From a phage, in the NCBI GenBank assembly GCA_012813795.1, contig GCA_012813795.1_4087.1: 64,000 bases of DNA. One strand, given 5' to 3'. A model generated the notes under the pieces. It made no database searches, was not told where the DNA came from, and saw only the letters and a program-made list of their open reading frames with translations. Made by a program: the position numbers and the translations under genes. This document shows, piece by piece, positions 46,303 through 56,008 of this stretch. Within the stretch, counting starts at the first letter, position 1; each line of letters opens with the position of its first letter.

Positions 46303-46520
46303 ACCTCTTGTTTTTCTACATATCCTTTACCATCACAATCTGGACATGCATAATAGCGACGAAATTCTTCATCGGGAACTTGTTGTGATCCGTTACATTT
46401 AGGACAAATGCGACGAACACCAGAAATAATACGTTCATGATGCTCAGCTTGTTTAGCTGAATCAAAAATGCGACCATCTTCAGTTTGATATTTTTCAACC
46501 TGAACATAAATTACTTTCAT
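46293..46520 (-). CDS. Small zinc-ribbon protein
   Basis: CPKCNG ... CPDCDG paired CxxC motifs. Confidence 0.45.
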   Translation of the reverse strand: MKVIYVQVEKYQTEDGRIFDSAKQAEHHERIISGVRRICPKCNGSQQVPDEEFRRYYACPDCDGKGYVEKQEVWK

Positions 46521-46529
46521 TTTATATCC

Positions 46530-46808
46530 TTATAAAAAAGTTAAATCTTCAGTACTTAATTGTACAAAACATTTGTTAGTTTCATTGTCAACCAGAATTT
46601 CAACATACACCTTCACTTCATGAATTGTTACAATTCTATGAATCACACCAACAGTAGTTCCATCTATATATGGTAGCTCAACCCAACGACCAACCAATTT
46701 ATCACTTAAATGGTCTTTCATTTGTTGGTTGGTATCATTGATTATTGTATCGAGTGATTTTTTAAAAAAGTTAAATTCGGTTAATGAACTATCAATCATG
46801 TCATGCAT
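46530..46808 (-). CDS. Small-protein paralog family member
   Basis: 92 aa; N-terminal helix then DKLVGRWVEL motif of the K-x-[YL]-[IV]-G-[KR] family. Confidence 0.45.
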   Translation of the reverse strand: MHDMIDSSLTEFNFFKKSLDTIINDTNQQMKDHLSDKLVGRWVELPYIDGTTVGVIHRIVTIHEVKVYVEILVDNETNKCFVQLSTEDLTFL

Positions 46809-46813
46809 AATAA

Positions 46814-47557
46814 TTACCTCTTGAATCGACTAAATGAATATTCGTCTTTTTCTTTACGCAAATAACACATCTTACCACCTTGAGGGGTAGCAATAGTCAA
46901 ATCACCAGTAAGAAACTGACTGTCAATCCAGATACGGTTACCATAAATGAGGGGATCAAACACGGCAGTATGCCCACTAAGTACATAATCTACGTTGGTA
47001 ATACGTGATGCATTAAAGACGTTGTTGGCTTTACAGAAATCAAATGTCTTTCTGTCCCATAGGCATGACTCAATTGTATCACTGGACATTGATTTTGTCC
47101 CAGTAATGAACTTATTCCAGTCAGTGTGCTTAAGGTCTACACTTGCATGTACGAGGCCAATCTTGAGTCCTCTGTGATTGATTTGGATAATCATAGGTAG
47201 CTGGTTCAAGTACTGACGGAAGAATTCCACTCCTGATACACCAACTTCTTCCAGGAACTTATCGCCCCCATTCTGTGTCCAGCAATGATACCAGTCACGA
47301 TGAGTTGCAGAATCAACACACATCGATTCATGATTGCCCATGATCATATATCGATTCTCAGCGAATAAAAACTCAAACAAAAGGTGAGCACTTTGCTCAC
47401 CTCTGTCAATTAAATCGCCTAAACTGAATACATAATCTTCAGGAGTAATACCAAATTCTTTCTTGGTATGTTCCCATAGTTTTGCATTACCGTGAATGTC
47501 TCCTACTATATACAAATCTTTTTCATCAGGAACTGTTACTTCTAAGAAATGTTTCAT
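46814..47557 (-). CDS. Ser/Thr protein phosphatase (lambda-PPase/ApaH-like)
   Basis: GDIHGN, GDLIDRG and GNHE phosphoesterase signature motifs. Confidence 0.75.
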   Translation of the reverse strand: MKHFLEVTVPDEKDLYIVGDIHGNAKLWEHTKKEFGITPEDYVFSLGDLIDRGEQSAHLLFEFLFAENRYMIMGNHESMCVDSATHRDWYHCWTQNGGDKFLEEVGVSGVEFFRQYLNQLPMIIQINHRGLKIGLVHASVDLKHTDWNKFITGTKSMSSDTIESCLWDRKTFDFCKANNVFNASRITNVDYVLSGHTAVFDPLIYGNRIWIDSQFLTGDLTIATPQGGKMCYLRKEKDEYSFSRFKR

Positions 47558-47808
47558 TGTTCTTTAATCCATATAATTCTATCATAGGTGACAACTTGAG
47601 TATTGGCAATTTGGTCATTGACATAGCAATCTACGTAATATCGCACATCACCATGATATGTTCCCATATCTCTTATGCATATTTTTTGCCAACCTCTGGA
47701 GTGTTTAAGAAGAATTTCTTGACCAATATATTTGTGCTTAGCACGTTGGACAAAATCATCATATAACGATTGTAACATCTTTAACTGTTCAATTTCAGTC
47801 TTTGTCAT
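47554..47808 (-). CDS. Small-protein paralog family member
   Basis: 84 aa; KHKYIGQEILL motif. Confidence 0.45.
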   Translation of the reverse strand: MTKTEIEQLKMLQSLYDDFVQRAKHKYIGQEILLKHSRGWQKICIRDMGTYHGDVRYYVDCYVNDQIANTQVVTYDRIIWIKEQ

Positions 47809-48031
47809 GTTTCTTCTTCTTGAATTTTGTTAGTGTATTGTAAAAATCTTTACAGATTGAAATGAAAAGATACACCAACGACACAGGCCACAGTACTGAT
47901 AACATAGAGCAGGTACTAATATTAATCATTGTGGTATGGGTATCTTTAAAAGAACCCCAGTTGATGATAAGAAAAGTACTCAAAAATGTACTCAGTACTC
48001 CTACACCATACAAAGCAAAAAATAAAATCAT
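47795..48031 (-). CDS. Small membrane protein
   Basis: Two hydrophobic helices. Confidence 0.4.
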   Translation of the reverse strand: MILFFALYGVGVLSTFLSTFLIINWGSFKDTHTTMINISTCSMLSVLWPVSLVYLFISICKDFYNTLTKFKKKKHDKD

Positions 48032-48376
48032 TTATTCCTCTTCTATTAGTTCTAAACGATCTAAACGGTAAGTGAATCCGTACCATTCAGAACTTTTTGG
48101 ATTTTCATATTCCACATCAACATAGATTGATGAATTCTTTACTCGCAACAAAGTAATAAACATAACTGTATTTTCGTTGATATGAGAAGCTTCATCATCA
48201 CAATAAATCCAGTCAGAATCTACTTCATCCTCCTTAGCCTTATTGATGTGGTCAATATACTCTTGAGTGAATTTTACTTTTTTGCCTATTAATTTATTTT
48301 TTAAGGTACTAACGAATTCTGATTGAAGATCAAGGAGAGATTCGAAGTACCTTAGTTCAGATGATAACGGAACCAT
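48032..48376 (-). CDS. Small-protein paralog family member
   Basis: 114 aa; KNKLIGKKVKF motif. Confidence 0.45.
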   Translation of the reverse strand: MVPLSSELRYFESLLDLQSEFVSTLKNKLIGKKVKFTQEYIDHINKAKEDEVDSDWIYCDDEASHINENTVMFITLLRVKNSSIYVDVEYENPKSSEWYGFTYRLDRLELIEEE

Positions 48377-48984
48377 TAATCACAGCTTCCTGAACTTGAG
48401 CTTGAACTATCACAAGAGCCACTATCATAAGAGGAAGATGAGTCGCTATAGGATGAAGTACTGATAATTGCGGCAGTTGTTGCTGCTGTCAGTAGAACAG
48501 TGCTTGTACCATCATCAGTACTGGTAGTACTGGAAGATGCTTCCTTATCAGTTTTAGTGCTTTTGCGAGTTGTACTGGTTTTTTTGGTATTTTTAGTGCT
48601 AGTCTTGCGACCTTTTGTTTTCTTAGAAGTTTTTGCTTTTGTTTTAGTTGTTGGTGCTTTTGGTTGTGGTTCTTCTTTTACTGGAACTTCTTCCTGAACT
48701 GATTTAACTTCTTCAGCAGCACCATCAATGTAAACGTCATCAACTGTTAAAGTTGGCGTATATCCTTCAAAAACTGGTACATCATGTACTGCTTTATCAC
48801 GATTATCGTCAATGACTAGTGACATGTCACGGCGACCCATAATAATGAGTAAACCTAGTTCTAGTACTGGCGTAAAAATAATACCAAATACTGTGTATAC
48901 CAGTGCATTACGGTTGTAAGATTTTGCCAAAAACCAACCAATAACCAGACCAAGTACGTATAGTACGTATAGTGCATAAATCAT
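48376..48984 (-). CDS. Membrane-anchored protein with basic K/T-rich and Ser-rich low-complexity tail
   Basis: N-terminal transmembrane helices, then TKTKAKTSKKTKGRK ... SSSSYDSGSCDSSSSSSGSCD. Confidence 0.45.
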   Translation of the reverse strand: MIYALYVLYVLGLVIGWFLAKSYNRNALVYTVFGIIFTPVLELGLLIIMGRRDMSLVIDDNRDKAVHDVPVFEGYTPTLTVDDVYIDGAAEEVKSVQEEVPVKEEPQPKAPTTKTKAKTSKKTKGRKTSTKNTKKTSTTRKSTKTDKEASSSTTSTDDGTSTVLLTAATTAAIISTSSYSDSSSSYDSGSCDSSSSSSGSCD

Positions 48985-49280
48985 AGTATGACTCCTTTAA
49001 TTACAATTATTTTACCGATATCTTCGATATAATTAGAAAAGTGATAGTTGTCTTGGTATATCAACCACGCACCAAACCCATCTACTATTTCGATTATATT
49101 AATTTCTTCAATTGGATTATTTTTACATTCAGCAACGAACGGACAAAAATAATCATTTAAAATTTGAAGATATATTTTACTTACCTCTAACCATTCAGTT
49201 CTATTATAGTATTTGTCAAAAATAAAAGTTTCCCACAGAAGTTTATATGTTTCTTCTGCTTCATATAATGTTTTAATCAT
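48981..49280 (-). CDS. hypothetical protein
   Basis: 99-aa ORF. Confidence 0.4.
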   Translation of the reverse strand: MIKTLYEAEETYKLLWETFIFDKYYNRTEWLEVSKIYLQILNDYFCPFVAECKNNPIEEINIIEIVDGFGAWLIYQDNYHFSNYIEDIGKIIVIKGVIL

Positions 49281-49579
49281 ATACTAATAATTTCGTTAGT
49301 GGATACTACTCTTCCGTACATCAATGGGATTACGTACACATTTGGAATCGAAATCCCCACTGATTTAATTGTATCACATAGCTCATTATTTGTCCTGGCA
49401 TTTTTGAACTTTATTTCTCTACCTTCAAATGCATCAATAACAGATTGTGAATATGAATCCATTAACACCCTGAAGTTAATCATCATAGTTGGGTAGTCTA
49501 GTATCCCCTCAATTCGCATATCATGGCACGTTCTGAATAGCATAATGTATGTTTTATGACAAAGTAATAGTTCATTCAT
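49277..49579 (-). CDS. hypothetical protein
   Basis: 100-aa ORF. Confidence 0.4.
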   Translation of the reverse strand: MNELLLCHKTYIMLFRTCHDMRIEGILDYPTMMINFRVLMDSYSQSVIDAFEGREIKFKNARTNNELCDTIKSVGISIPNVYVIPLMYGRVVSTNEIISI

Positions 49580-49893
49580 ATGAAAATCTCATCCAGATAC
49601 AATGTAGTACTGGGTCTGTCTGTATTAACATCAGTACTGCAATCAATCATCAGACCGTAGTCAGTACCCCATATTTGCTTGATATAAATGTCATAATCAC
49701 GACTGGTATTTGCTTCATATACTACATTATTATAAAAAAGATCAGTCAATTCGTAATAGAAATCTTTAACAAGTTTATTCACCTCTTTTCTGTACATATC
49801 CATCTCAACGTTATCAATGTACAATAACCATTTCAGACAATAATTAAAATGATTCTCGTACATTATTAATTTATTATATTCTTCTTGTGTCAT
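49576..49893 (-). CDS. hypothetical protein, paralog of 49890-50213
   Basis: IWGTDYGLMIDC ... YLDEIFI parallels VFGTSHGIFVDY ... MYIEEIEL in the neighbour. Confidence 0.45.
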   Translation of the reverse strand: MTQEEYNKLIMYENHFNYCLKWLLYIDNVEMDMYRKEVNKLVKDFYYELTDLFYNNVVYEANTSRDYDIYIKQIWGTDYGLMIDCSTDVNTDRPSTTLYLDEIFI

Positions 49894-50213
49894 AGTTCAA
49901 TCTCTTCTATGTACATACTATTTTCTGTGTACGGATCAAATGGGTGTATTTTATAATCAACAAAGATTCCATGTGATGTACCAAAAACACCATGAATATA
50001 TACAATTTCATCTTCGCACTTAATAGTTCTGTACTTAAATCTCTTTTCCAATGATTCATATATTTCACTAATTATACAGTTAATATAGTTCTTAAACTGA
50101 CGGTTTGATTTAGTGCATTGTTCTTCAAGAAGTATATTATATATAATCAGAAAGTGTCTGTTTATATAATTCAAATAATCTAATTCACTTTTTGTTATTA
50201 AAGTGTTGCTCAT
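49890..50213 (-). CDS. hypothetical protein, paralog of 49576-49893
   Basis: 107-aa ORF, tandem paralog. Confidence 0.45.
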   Translation of the reverse strand: MSNTLITKSELDYLNYINRHFLIIYNILLEEQCTKSNRQFKNYINCIISEIYESLEKRFKYRTIKCEDEIVYIHGVFGTSHGIFVDYKIHPFDPYTENSMYIEEIEL

Positions 50214-50601
50214 ATATAATCTCTATCTCGTTTGAATCGTAATATGCTTTATGGGTTCTTGTTTTATTTTGGTATTTTATTTTGGTTTTGATAAAATATA
50301 TAACCTTTTTCCATTCATAATACACGTACTCAATTTTACCATAGTCACCAGTACTAAGTAATACTTTTTTACCTTTGTACAGTTCTTGTAATTGTGTTTT
50401 ATAATCCTCAAGAAATCTACTTTCAAAAATTTTTACATCACTTTCCATCACAAGGTCGATAAGAATAGCAAGATGCCTATCCAATAATAGTAAGTTCTCT
50501 TGATCGTATTGCATAATATCTTTGTCCATTATCAGATTTTGCCGTATACATGTATGCCCCATAAGAATATGATATGTTGGTAATTTCAACTTCTCTTCCA
50601 A
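50185..50601 (-). CDS. Small-protein paralog family member (start uncertain)
   Basis: ELYKGKKVLL motif; N-terminal part of track ORF overlaps upstream gene, true start probably internal. Confidence 0.35.
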   Translation of the reverse strand: MEEKLKLPTYHILMGHTCIRQNLIMDKDIMQYDQENLLLLDRHLAILIDLVMESDVKIFESRFLEDYKTQLQELYKGKKVLLSTGDYGKIEYVYYEWKKVIYFIKTKIKYQNKTRTHKAYYDSNEIEIIYEQHFNNKK

Positions 50602-50782
50602 GATATATAGCTTTTGTTCCTACGTATTTTTTAAGCAGTGGTGTAGTTAGTTCAAGGAGATAGGTTTCAAGGAAATCGGAAATATCATAAGATGGATAAT
50701 AATCATCCATTTGGGTATGAAAGAAACGACGTGTATCTCTTATTAATTTCACGTGCCTGTCATACAATTCTAATTTCGTCAT
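50477..50782 (-). CDS. Small-protein paralog family member (start uncertain)
   Basis: KKYVGTKAIYLGREVEI motif; track ORF begins at a TTG, so trimmed to ATG at 50782. Confidence 0.35.
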   Translation of the reverse strand: MTKLELYDRHVKLIRDTRRFFHTQMDDYYPSYDISDFLETYLLELTTPLLKKYVGTKAIYLGREVEITNISYSYGAYMYTAKSDNGQRYYAIRSRELTIIG

Positions 50783-51041
50783 ATGTTGCATCCCATAAAA
50801 AACCTGCTCGTTCGCACCTGTACAAAATATTACCATTCCATGTCGCCACTTCAATAATTGTCCAAGTTAAATCAGTATCATCTAGAACATTGACACCAAA
50901 AACCGATTTAGACAATTCGTTCTCGTAATTATCCATCAGTACTGATAATGATGTTAGTAATCTTTCATCGGATTCTGAAAAATATAAACTACGTAAAATA
51001 CGATAATGATAATAAAAAAACTTCAATGAATCATTATTCAT
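50760..51041 (-). CDS. hypothetical small protein
   Basis: 93-aa ORF. Confidence 0.4.
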   Translation of the reverse strand: MNNDSLKFFYYHYRILRSLYFSESDERLLTSLSVLMDNYENELSKSVFGVNVLDDTDLTWTIIEVATWNGNILYRCERAGFLWDATYDEIRIV

Positions 51042-51343
51042 GAAAAAATAAACCTCGAATATATTCTTGAGCGAAATGTTATATCACTTGGGATATATTT
51101 GCAACAAAGGTATGGATATCCGTAAGTACTGGATTCGATTTCGGTAATAATAACATCACTACCTCGATATTTGCACTGAACATTTGAGTATTTTTTATTC
51201 AAAAAGTCAAGATATTCATCATGGAAATAAATGAGTTGTTCTTCAAACTTGTATTGTTTTTCATTATACATTGCAAGAGATTCTTCTTTAAGAAGATATA
51301 ATGTTTTCATTAATGCTTGGAATTCATTCGTATTCATATCCAT
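51038..51343 (-). CDS. hypothetical small protein
   Basis: 101-aa ORF. Confidence 0.4.
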   Translation of the reverse strand: MDMNTNEFQALMKTLYLLKEESLAMYNEKQYKFEEQLIYFHDEYLDFLNKKYSNVQCKYRGSDVIITEIESSTYGYPYLCCKYIPSDITFRSRIYSRFIFS

Positions 51344-51590
51344 CCACTGTAGTTATTGTTGCTCGCGTTGTGAATTGGTATCTATGCCCATACATATCAA
51401 CGCCAGATACAACTATATTATTGTTAGTATCAAGATATACTGAATCAATTTTAATAATGCGTTCCCAGTCACTTGTATCATAGACACATTTAACATATGT
51501 ATCTTTATATTTTTCTGATAGTTGCTTTACTAAATTTTTCAGTACTTGAATATGTGAATTAACAAATTGGAAATCTATATTAATATTCAT
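51324..51590 (-). CDS. hypothetical small protein
   Basis: 88-aa ORF. Confidence 0.4.
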   Translation of the reverse strand: MNINIDFQFVNSHIQVLKNLVKQLSEKYKDTYVKCVYDTSDWERIIKIDSVYLDTNNNIVVSGVDMYGHRYQFTTRATITTVDGYEYE

Positions 51591-51592
51591 GT

Positions 51593-51853
51593 TTATTCAT
51601 CCGATATAGATAATTCAGAGATAATTTTTACCATATGTTCACCCAAGAAATCGTTAGATCCAGTTAGGAATATTTTAGCTTTTATTTTAATTTCATCACT
51701 AAGTGGAGAATAATAAATCTCTACAATTTGCCCACGTCTTCCAGTTGATAAACATGTAGCAATTTTGCCTATGTACTTGATTCGCAACTCTTCCATTAGG
51801 GAGTGTAAAACCAACTGGCATTGTTTGAAATGTACATCATAACTATTATCCAT
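51593..51853 (-). CDS. Small-protein paralog family member
   Basis: 86 aa; RIKYIGKIATCL motif. Confidence 0.45.
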   Translation of the reverse strand: MDNSYDVHFKQCQLVLHSLMEELRIKYIGKIATCLSTGRRGQIVEIYYSPLSDEIKIKAKIFLTGSNDFLGEHMVKIISELSISDE

Positions 51854-51868
51854 TATATCACCTAAATT

Positions 51869-51897
51869 AAAAGAAAAGGGATCAGTACTGATCCCTT
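51869..51897 (-). terminator. Intrinsic terminator candidate after pseT; stem is a perfect palindrome centred on AGTACT
   Basis: aagggatcagtactgatccctt (51876-51897) perfect 22-nt palindrome followed on the minus strand by ttttctt. Confidence 0.5.
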
Positions 51898-51905
51898 TGT
51901 AATAA

Positions 51906-52838
51906 TCAAAATAGTCCAGGTTCCACCTGAAATACTTTCAAGCCTAGTAGCTTACGCCACATGAATACAACTTGTGATCTATCATCAAATACTTTCTTAA
52001 CATCGTAATGATTAACAACGTTATTCATATACAACTCGAATTTGACAACATCATCAGGACGTTTATCATCGATAGCTCGCATTAACAATACATCGTAGGG
52101 AATGCCCCAATTCTTAAGCCACTGTTCAGTATCAGCACGACACCCTTCAGTACGCCCACTCATGACGATTACCTTACGCTTATGGAAAACAGCCTCAGCA
52201 ATGACAGACAGAATTACTTCTTCATCTGGTGTATCCTGAAGGACAGTACTTTCATCAAACGGGTTACGTCCCCACTTATGAGCAAGAGTACCGTCGATAT
52301 CAACAATGATAGCAGCTTCACGTGCATTACCATAGTAACCAATGTGCATCGCCTTACTATAATAGTACGTATTTGCCATAGTGTCAATGATTTCATCTTG
52401 TACTGAACGCTCACGCTGGAGGTTATATTTCTTACAAAGTTTTACGAACTCTTTAATCTTAAAGAATTCATGAACATCTGCACCACGGTCTTCATTAGGT
52501 ACAAAATCATCATAGAAGTTCTTTTCTTTGTAATCATAACCATTATCTTTAGCCCACATTTTCCATTGATCACGGAAATGTGGTTTAAGGTTCGTATCGG
52601 ATACGATGATATTCCAACTATTCTCCGCTGCTGAATTTGCTGCACTGAACTGTAAATTAGTTACGTACTTCTCATTAGCATCGTTGAATTTGTAAGCATC
52701 ATGTGACCCAGCCATAGATTCACGAATATCATCACGGTTGATGTTGATAGTCTTGGATTTGGCTTTTTTAATCTCTTGCACTGCCCATGTAGTTTTACCA
52801 CACCCTGGCAATCCAACTGTTAGTGTAATAGTTGGCAT
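51906..52838 (-). CDS. pseT: Polynucleotide 5'-kinase / 3'-phosphatase
   Basis: N-terminal Walker A GLPGCGKTT and C-terminal HAD phosphatase motif IVDIDGTLA. Confidence 0.85.
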   Translation of the reverse strand: MPTITLTVGLPGCGKTTWAVQEIKKAKSKTININRDDIRESMAGSHDAYKFNDANEKYVTNLQFSAANSAAENSWNIIVSDTNLKPHFRDQWKMWAKDNGYDYKEKNFYDDFVPNEDRGADVHEFFKIKEFVKLCKKYNLQRERSVQDEIIDTMANTYYYSKAMHIGYYGNAREAAIIVDIDGTLAHKWGRNPFDESTVLQDTPDEEVILSVIAEAVFHKRKVIVMSGRTEGCRADTEQWLKNWGIPYDVLLMRAIDDKRPDDVVKFELYMNNVVNHYDVKKVFDDRSQVVFMWRKLLGLKVFQVEPGLF

Positions 52839-53150
52839 TTAATCCTCAATAAATTTCACATTCTTTAGATTGTACCACGAAAAACGTTCATGACGTGTGT
52901 TGTGTCCTATAGTTACTTCTACATAGCACTCGTCAGTAATGTGATGAGTAACTACATGAAATTTGACATTAACATCACTAATGATAGTTTCGAACCATGT
53001 TTTAGTGTTGTAATCCCAGCATTCAACTTTCTTACCAATGAGTGATTTCTTGTATTGTGTAATCATATCATGAACAATTTCAGAAATAGTATTAGTTAAT
53101 TCAATTTCTGCATTCATTAAATTATGAAGTTCTTTTAATGCTTTATTCAT
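52839..53150 (-). CDS. Small-protein paralog family member
   Basis: 103 aa; KKSLIGKKVECW motif. Confidence 0.45.
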   Translation of the reverse strand: MNKALKELHNLMNAEIELTNTISEIVHDMITQYKKSLIGKKVECWDYNTKTWFETIISDVNVKFHVVTHHITDECYVEVTIGHNTRHERFSWYNLKNVKFIED

Positions 53151-53422
53151 TAGATTACCTCAATAATATCATCAATTGAGATATCAATACAATTATCGAC
53201 AATGATATTCAATGTAAAATCATCATCTACATATACATTAGTGATTTTACCATAAACATTCATCCCATCATAAGATGATTTATAACGTACTCTTTTGTTA
53301 ATATATTTTGCACGTAGAGTATTACTCTCACGGTACAATATATCCGTCAAACATTCTGATAGTACTTTATAATATAACAAATCACTTGAATGATTGTTTT
53401 TCATTGTATTTCCCAACTCCAA
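53150..53422 (-). CDS. Small-protein paralog family member
   Basis: 90 aa; RAKYINKRVRYK motif. Confidence 0.4.
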   Translation of the reverse strand: MELGNTMKNNHSSDLLYYKVLSECLTDILYRESNTLRAKYINKRVRYKSSYDGMNVYGKITNVYVDDDFTLNIIVDNCIDISIDDIIEVI

Positions 53423-53618
53423 ATCGCTTGGAGATTTTTACAAGTACAGCTTCATCACAACGAATACTAGCAGTGTTATTGGATGAACTGTACTTTAAGG
53501 GGGTCCACTGTAATTGAGATTCTTCAAGGAACTTGATACATCTGAAGTAATCTTTCAGAGAAAGAAACTTAACCACTGACATATCCTGAACAATACTATG
53601 CTGAACTTCAACTTTCAT
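53382..53618 (-). CDS. hypothetical small protein
   Basis: 78-aa ORF. Confidence 0.4.
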   Translation of the reverse strand: MKVEVQHSIVQDMSVVKFLSLKDYFRCIKFLEESQLQWTPLKYSSSNNTASIRCDEAVLVKISKRFGVGKYNEKQSFK

Positions 53619-53627
53619 ATGAACTCC

Positions 53628-53885
53628 TTATAGTGGATCGAATTTATTTTCACGTTTCGATGTATAGCGAGTTACATCATGTATTCTCGGCTTAACATCC
53701 TTTGGTTTCCTTTTCTTCTTATATTCAGTACTACTACACCCAAAAGTATTCTCGATTCGCTTCTTACTAATCTTCACACCTTTCATTGAGCGTTTGTGCT
53801 GTAAATCATCGATTTCTTGTTGTATTTTCCTGAACTCAGTAGGAGAAAGGGAACCATCATTTTTATACTTAGGTTTAGCCATCAC
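53628..53885 (-). CDS. Small basic protein
   Basis: 85 aa, K/R-rich (KKKRKPKDVKPR). Confidence 0.45.
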   Translation of the reverse strand: MMAKPKYKNDGSLSPTEFRKIQQEIDDLQHKRSMKGVKISKKRIENTFGCSSTEYKKKRKPKDVKPRIHDVTRYTSKRENKFDPL

Positions 53886-53911
53886 TTCTCCTTGTGCTGG
53901 GCTAGTTAGTA

Positions 53912-55057
53912 CTAAAAATCCTTTAGTACATCTTTGTAGTACTTTAGTAAAGTCTCTTTATAATCGACACTTTTGCCATTGTACAACGCAAAGGCCAAGC
54001 CTTGTCGGTTCAATACATTAGGTAAATCTTGCTGAACCTTTTGAGCGAATTCCTTTCGCTCTAAGTGCTTGTATGCATGGACGAAGCTTTCTACCTCATC
54101 TTGTAAAGCATTATAGCACGAAAATACCAATTGTTCCATTCTTAATATCTTATCCATAGCATATGTATCAGTACTGAACAATTGTTTTAAGTCATCACTT
54201 GCACCAGTCAGTACAGCTTCATATAAATGGGAATCAATAAGAATGGAATCTTTTGTTAAATGCAAAGAGCAATACCAGTCAGTTTTGATTTTGCACATTG
54301 TACCATCTTTCATTATACACACAAAACCTTCAATGTCAAGCATAGAACGTACTTTATCGATTGACTCTTTAAATGTAGGCATAATCGGGAATGTATGATG
54401 AATGTCATTACCTGTCATATTAGTACTGTACTGTGAAAGGCATGGAAACTTATCACGTAGTGCTTTACCGCATAACAACTCACCACTAATACGATGACGA
54501 ACGTTAAGAACAAATAACTGTTCCACCTGATATGGTAACACAATTCGATACTCTGGGCTTGTGTATTCCAGATTCACAGTATAGCCCAAACGGTCTGCTT
54601 CATCAATGTATTGATAGAGATTTTGGTTCTCGTTCAAAAGTCGAGTACTGTTAATAGCATGGTCAGAAGATAACGAAGTGTGTGATTTACAACGGATTTC
54701 ACCATCGTTATCACGGAATGTGCTGATGATAGAACCATCTAGCTTAGGCATTACAACCGCAATATCATCACAGGTAGTATCAGTACTGAACATTGTGTAC
54801 GGGTTTTCATATGCATTGAAGAACTTTTTCATTGTACGTGCTGCACAACGAATCATAATTCCGTTGGAATCGATTTCCCACATAGAACCACGAGTTTCTA
54901 GTGCATTTTTATTTGTGAAATCGGTATAAGATGCCAGACGATAGGTGAATACACGGTATAAACCACCACCAGGGCTTGTATGATCTATATAGAAAAATGC
55001 ATCATTAGATTCACATAGTTCCATTAAATCATTGTATATTTCTCGCAAATTACTCAT
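53912..55057 (-). CDS. rnlA: RNA ligase 1
   Basis: Nucleotidyltransferase motif I VVMPKLDGSI (KxDG); N-terminus LMELCESNDAFFY and VCIMKDGTMCKIKTDWY parallel T4 Rnl1 as recalled. Confidence 0.85.
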   Translation of the reverse strand: MSNLREIYNDLMELCESNDAFFYIDHTSPGGGLYRVFTYRLASYTDFTNKNALETRGSMWEIDSNGIMIRCAARTMKKFFNAYENPYTMFSTDTTCDDIAVVMPKLDGSIISTFRDNDGEIRCKSHTSLSSDHAINSTRLLNENQNLYQYIDEADRLGYTVNLEYTSPEYRIVLPYQVEQLFVLNVRHRISGELLCGKALRDKFPCLSQYSTNMTGNDIHHTFPIMPTFKESIDKVRSMLDIEGFVCIMKDGTMCKIKTDWYCSLHLTKDSILIDSHLYEAVLTGASDDLKQLFSTDTYAMDKILRMEQLVFSCYNALQDEVESFVHAYKHLERKEFAQKVQQDLPNVLNRQGLAFALYNGKSVDYKETLLKYYKDVLKDF

Positions 55058-55362
55058 CTAATTACCTCTATATCTACATCTGTGCCATAGTAGGAAACGT
55101 AACCATTATCTGACTTACATTGAATTGATAACTCTGATTCATAGTATGTTACTTTGTTCACTGTTAGAACTTTTTCTTCAATTTCTCCCGTTAAATAATC
55201 CATTTCACGAACACGAACGTTGGTTCCTTTTGGGAGTTCTTGTGCAATTTTATTAACAAGTTCAAAAGCAGCTTCTTCAAGTGTGTGCAACAATTGCAAT
55301 CTATCTTGGATATTCATATTATTTCCACCAACTGGTATCTCGACCACCAGACAAAGATTCAT
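55054..55362 (-). CDS. hypothetical small protein
   Basis: 102-aa ORF. Confidence 0.4.
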   Translation of the reverse strand: MNLCLVVEIPVGGNNMNIQDRLQLLHTLEEAAFELVNKIAQELPKGTNVRVREMDYLTGEIEEKVLTVNKVTYYESELSIQCKSDNGYVSYYGTDVDIEVIR

Positions 55363-56008
55363 TGTACTGATGCCTGAAATTAGTATTTGGATTATTTGTC
55401 ATTGTACTAATAAAATCAAATTTAGTGTTCTCTTGGATATATTCAATAACACTATCTTTAAACTTGATAGTACTGAAATCTAAATCCAAATGTTCATACG
55501 ATACTGGATGACAAAACTCATGATTACACAATGATCTCATCGTATCTTTAATGTATTGTACGGTGTTAATCATTGCTTCATAGTCTGGCATTGCACGCAT
55601 CATCATAAGCTGGAAGTGTTCTTCCTCTGTCATTGATTCATCCAAATCAATAACAACTTCTTCATTCTTAGAGTCATATACTTTAATCTTACTATTCGTA
55701 GGGTCAAGCATAGCCCAATCAGGGTACAGGCATGTTTTCCAGAAAGGATTATTACACTGAAACATACTGACCAGTACTTGATTTTTATCGAAGATTGCAA
55801 AACCAAGATCATTACTGGGCTGTACTTCACACACATATATATCATATGCAGAGTCTTCAGTGCAGAATGAACCAACTACATTTGATATATGAGTGTATGG
55901 AGTTTCTCTTGATTTTAATTCAAAGGCTCTCTCCATGCGGTTAATCTGTGGTTGTAAAGTAATTACACCCCTTAGTACATATAAAATTCTATCTAAATCT
56001 TTAATCAA
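55319..56008 (-). CDS. hypothetical protein
   Basis: 229-aa ORF. Confidence 0.45.
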   Translation of the reverse strand: MIKDLDRILYVLRGVITLQPQINRMERAFELKSRETPYTHISNVVGSFCTEDSAYDIYVCEVQPSNDLGFAIFDKNQVLVSMFQCNNPFWKTCLYPDWAMLDPTNSKIKVYDSKNEEVVIDLDESMTEEEHFQLMMMRAMPDYEAMINTVQYIKDTMRSLCNHEFCHPVSYEHLDLDFSTIKFKDSVIEYIQENTKFDFISTMTNNPNTNFRHQYNESLSGGRDTSWWK

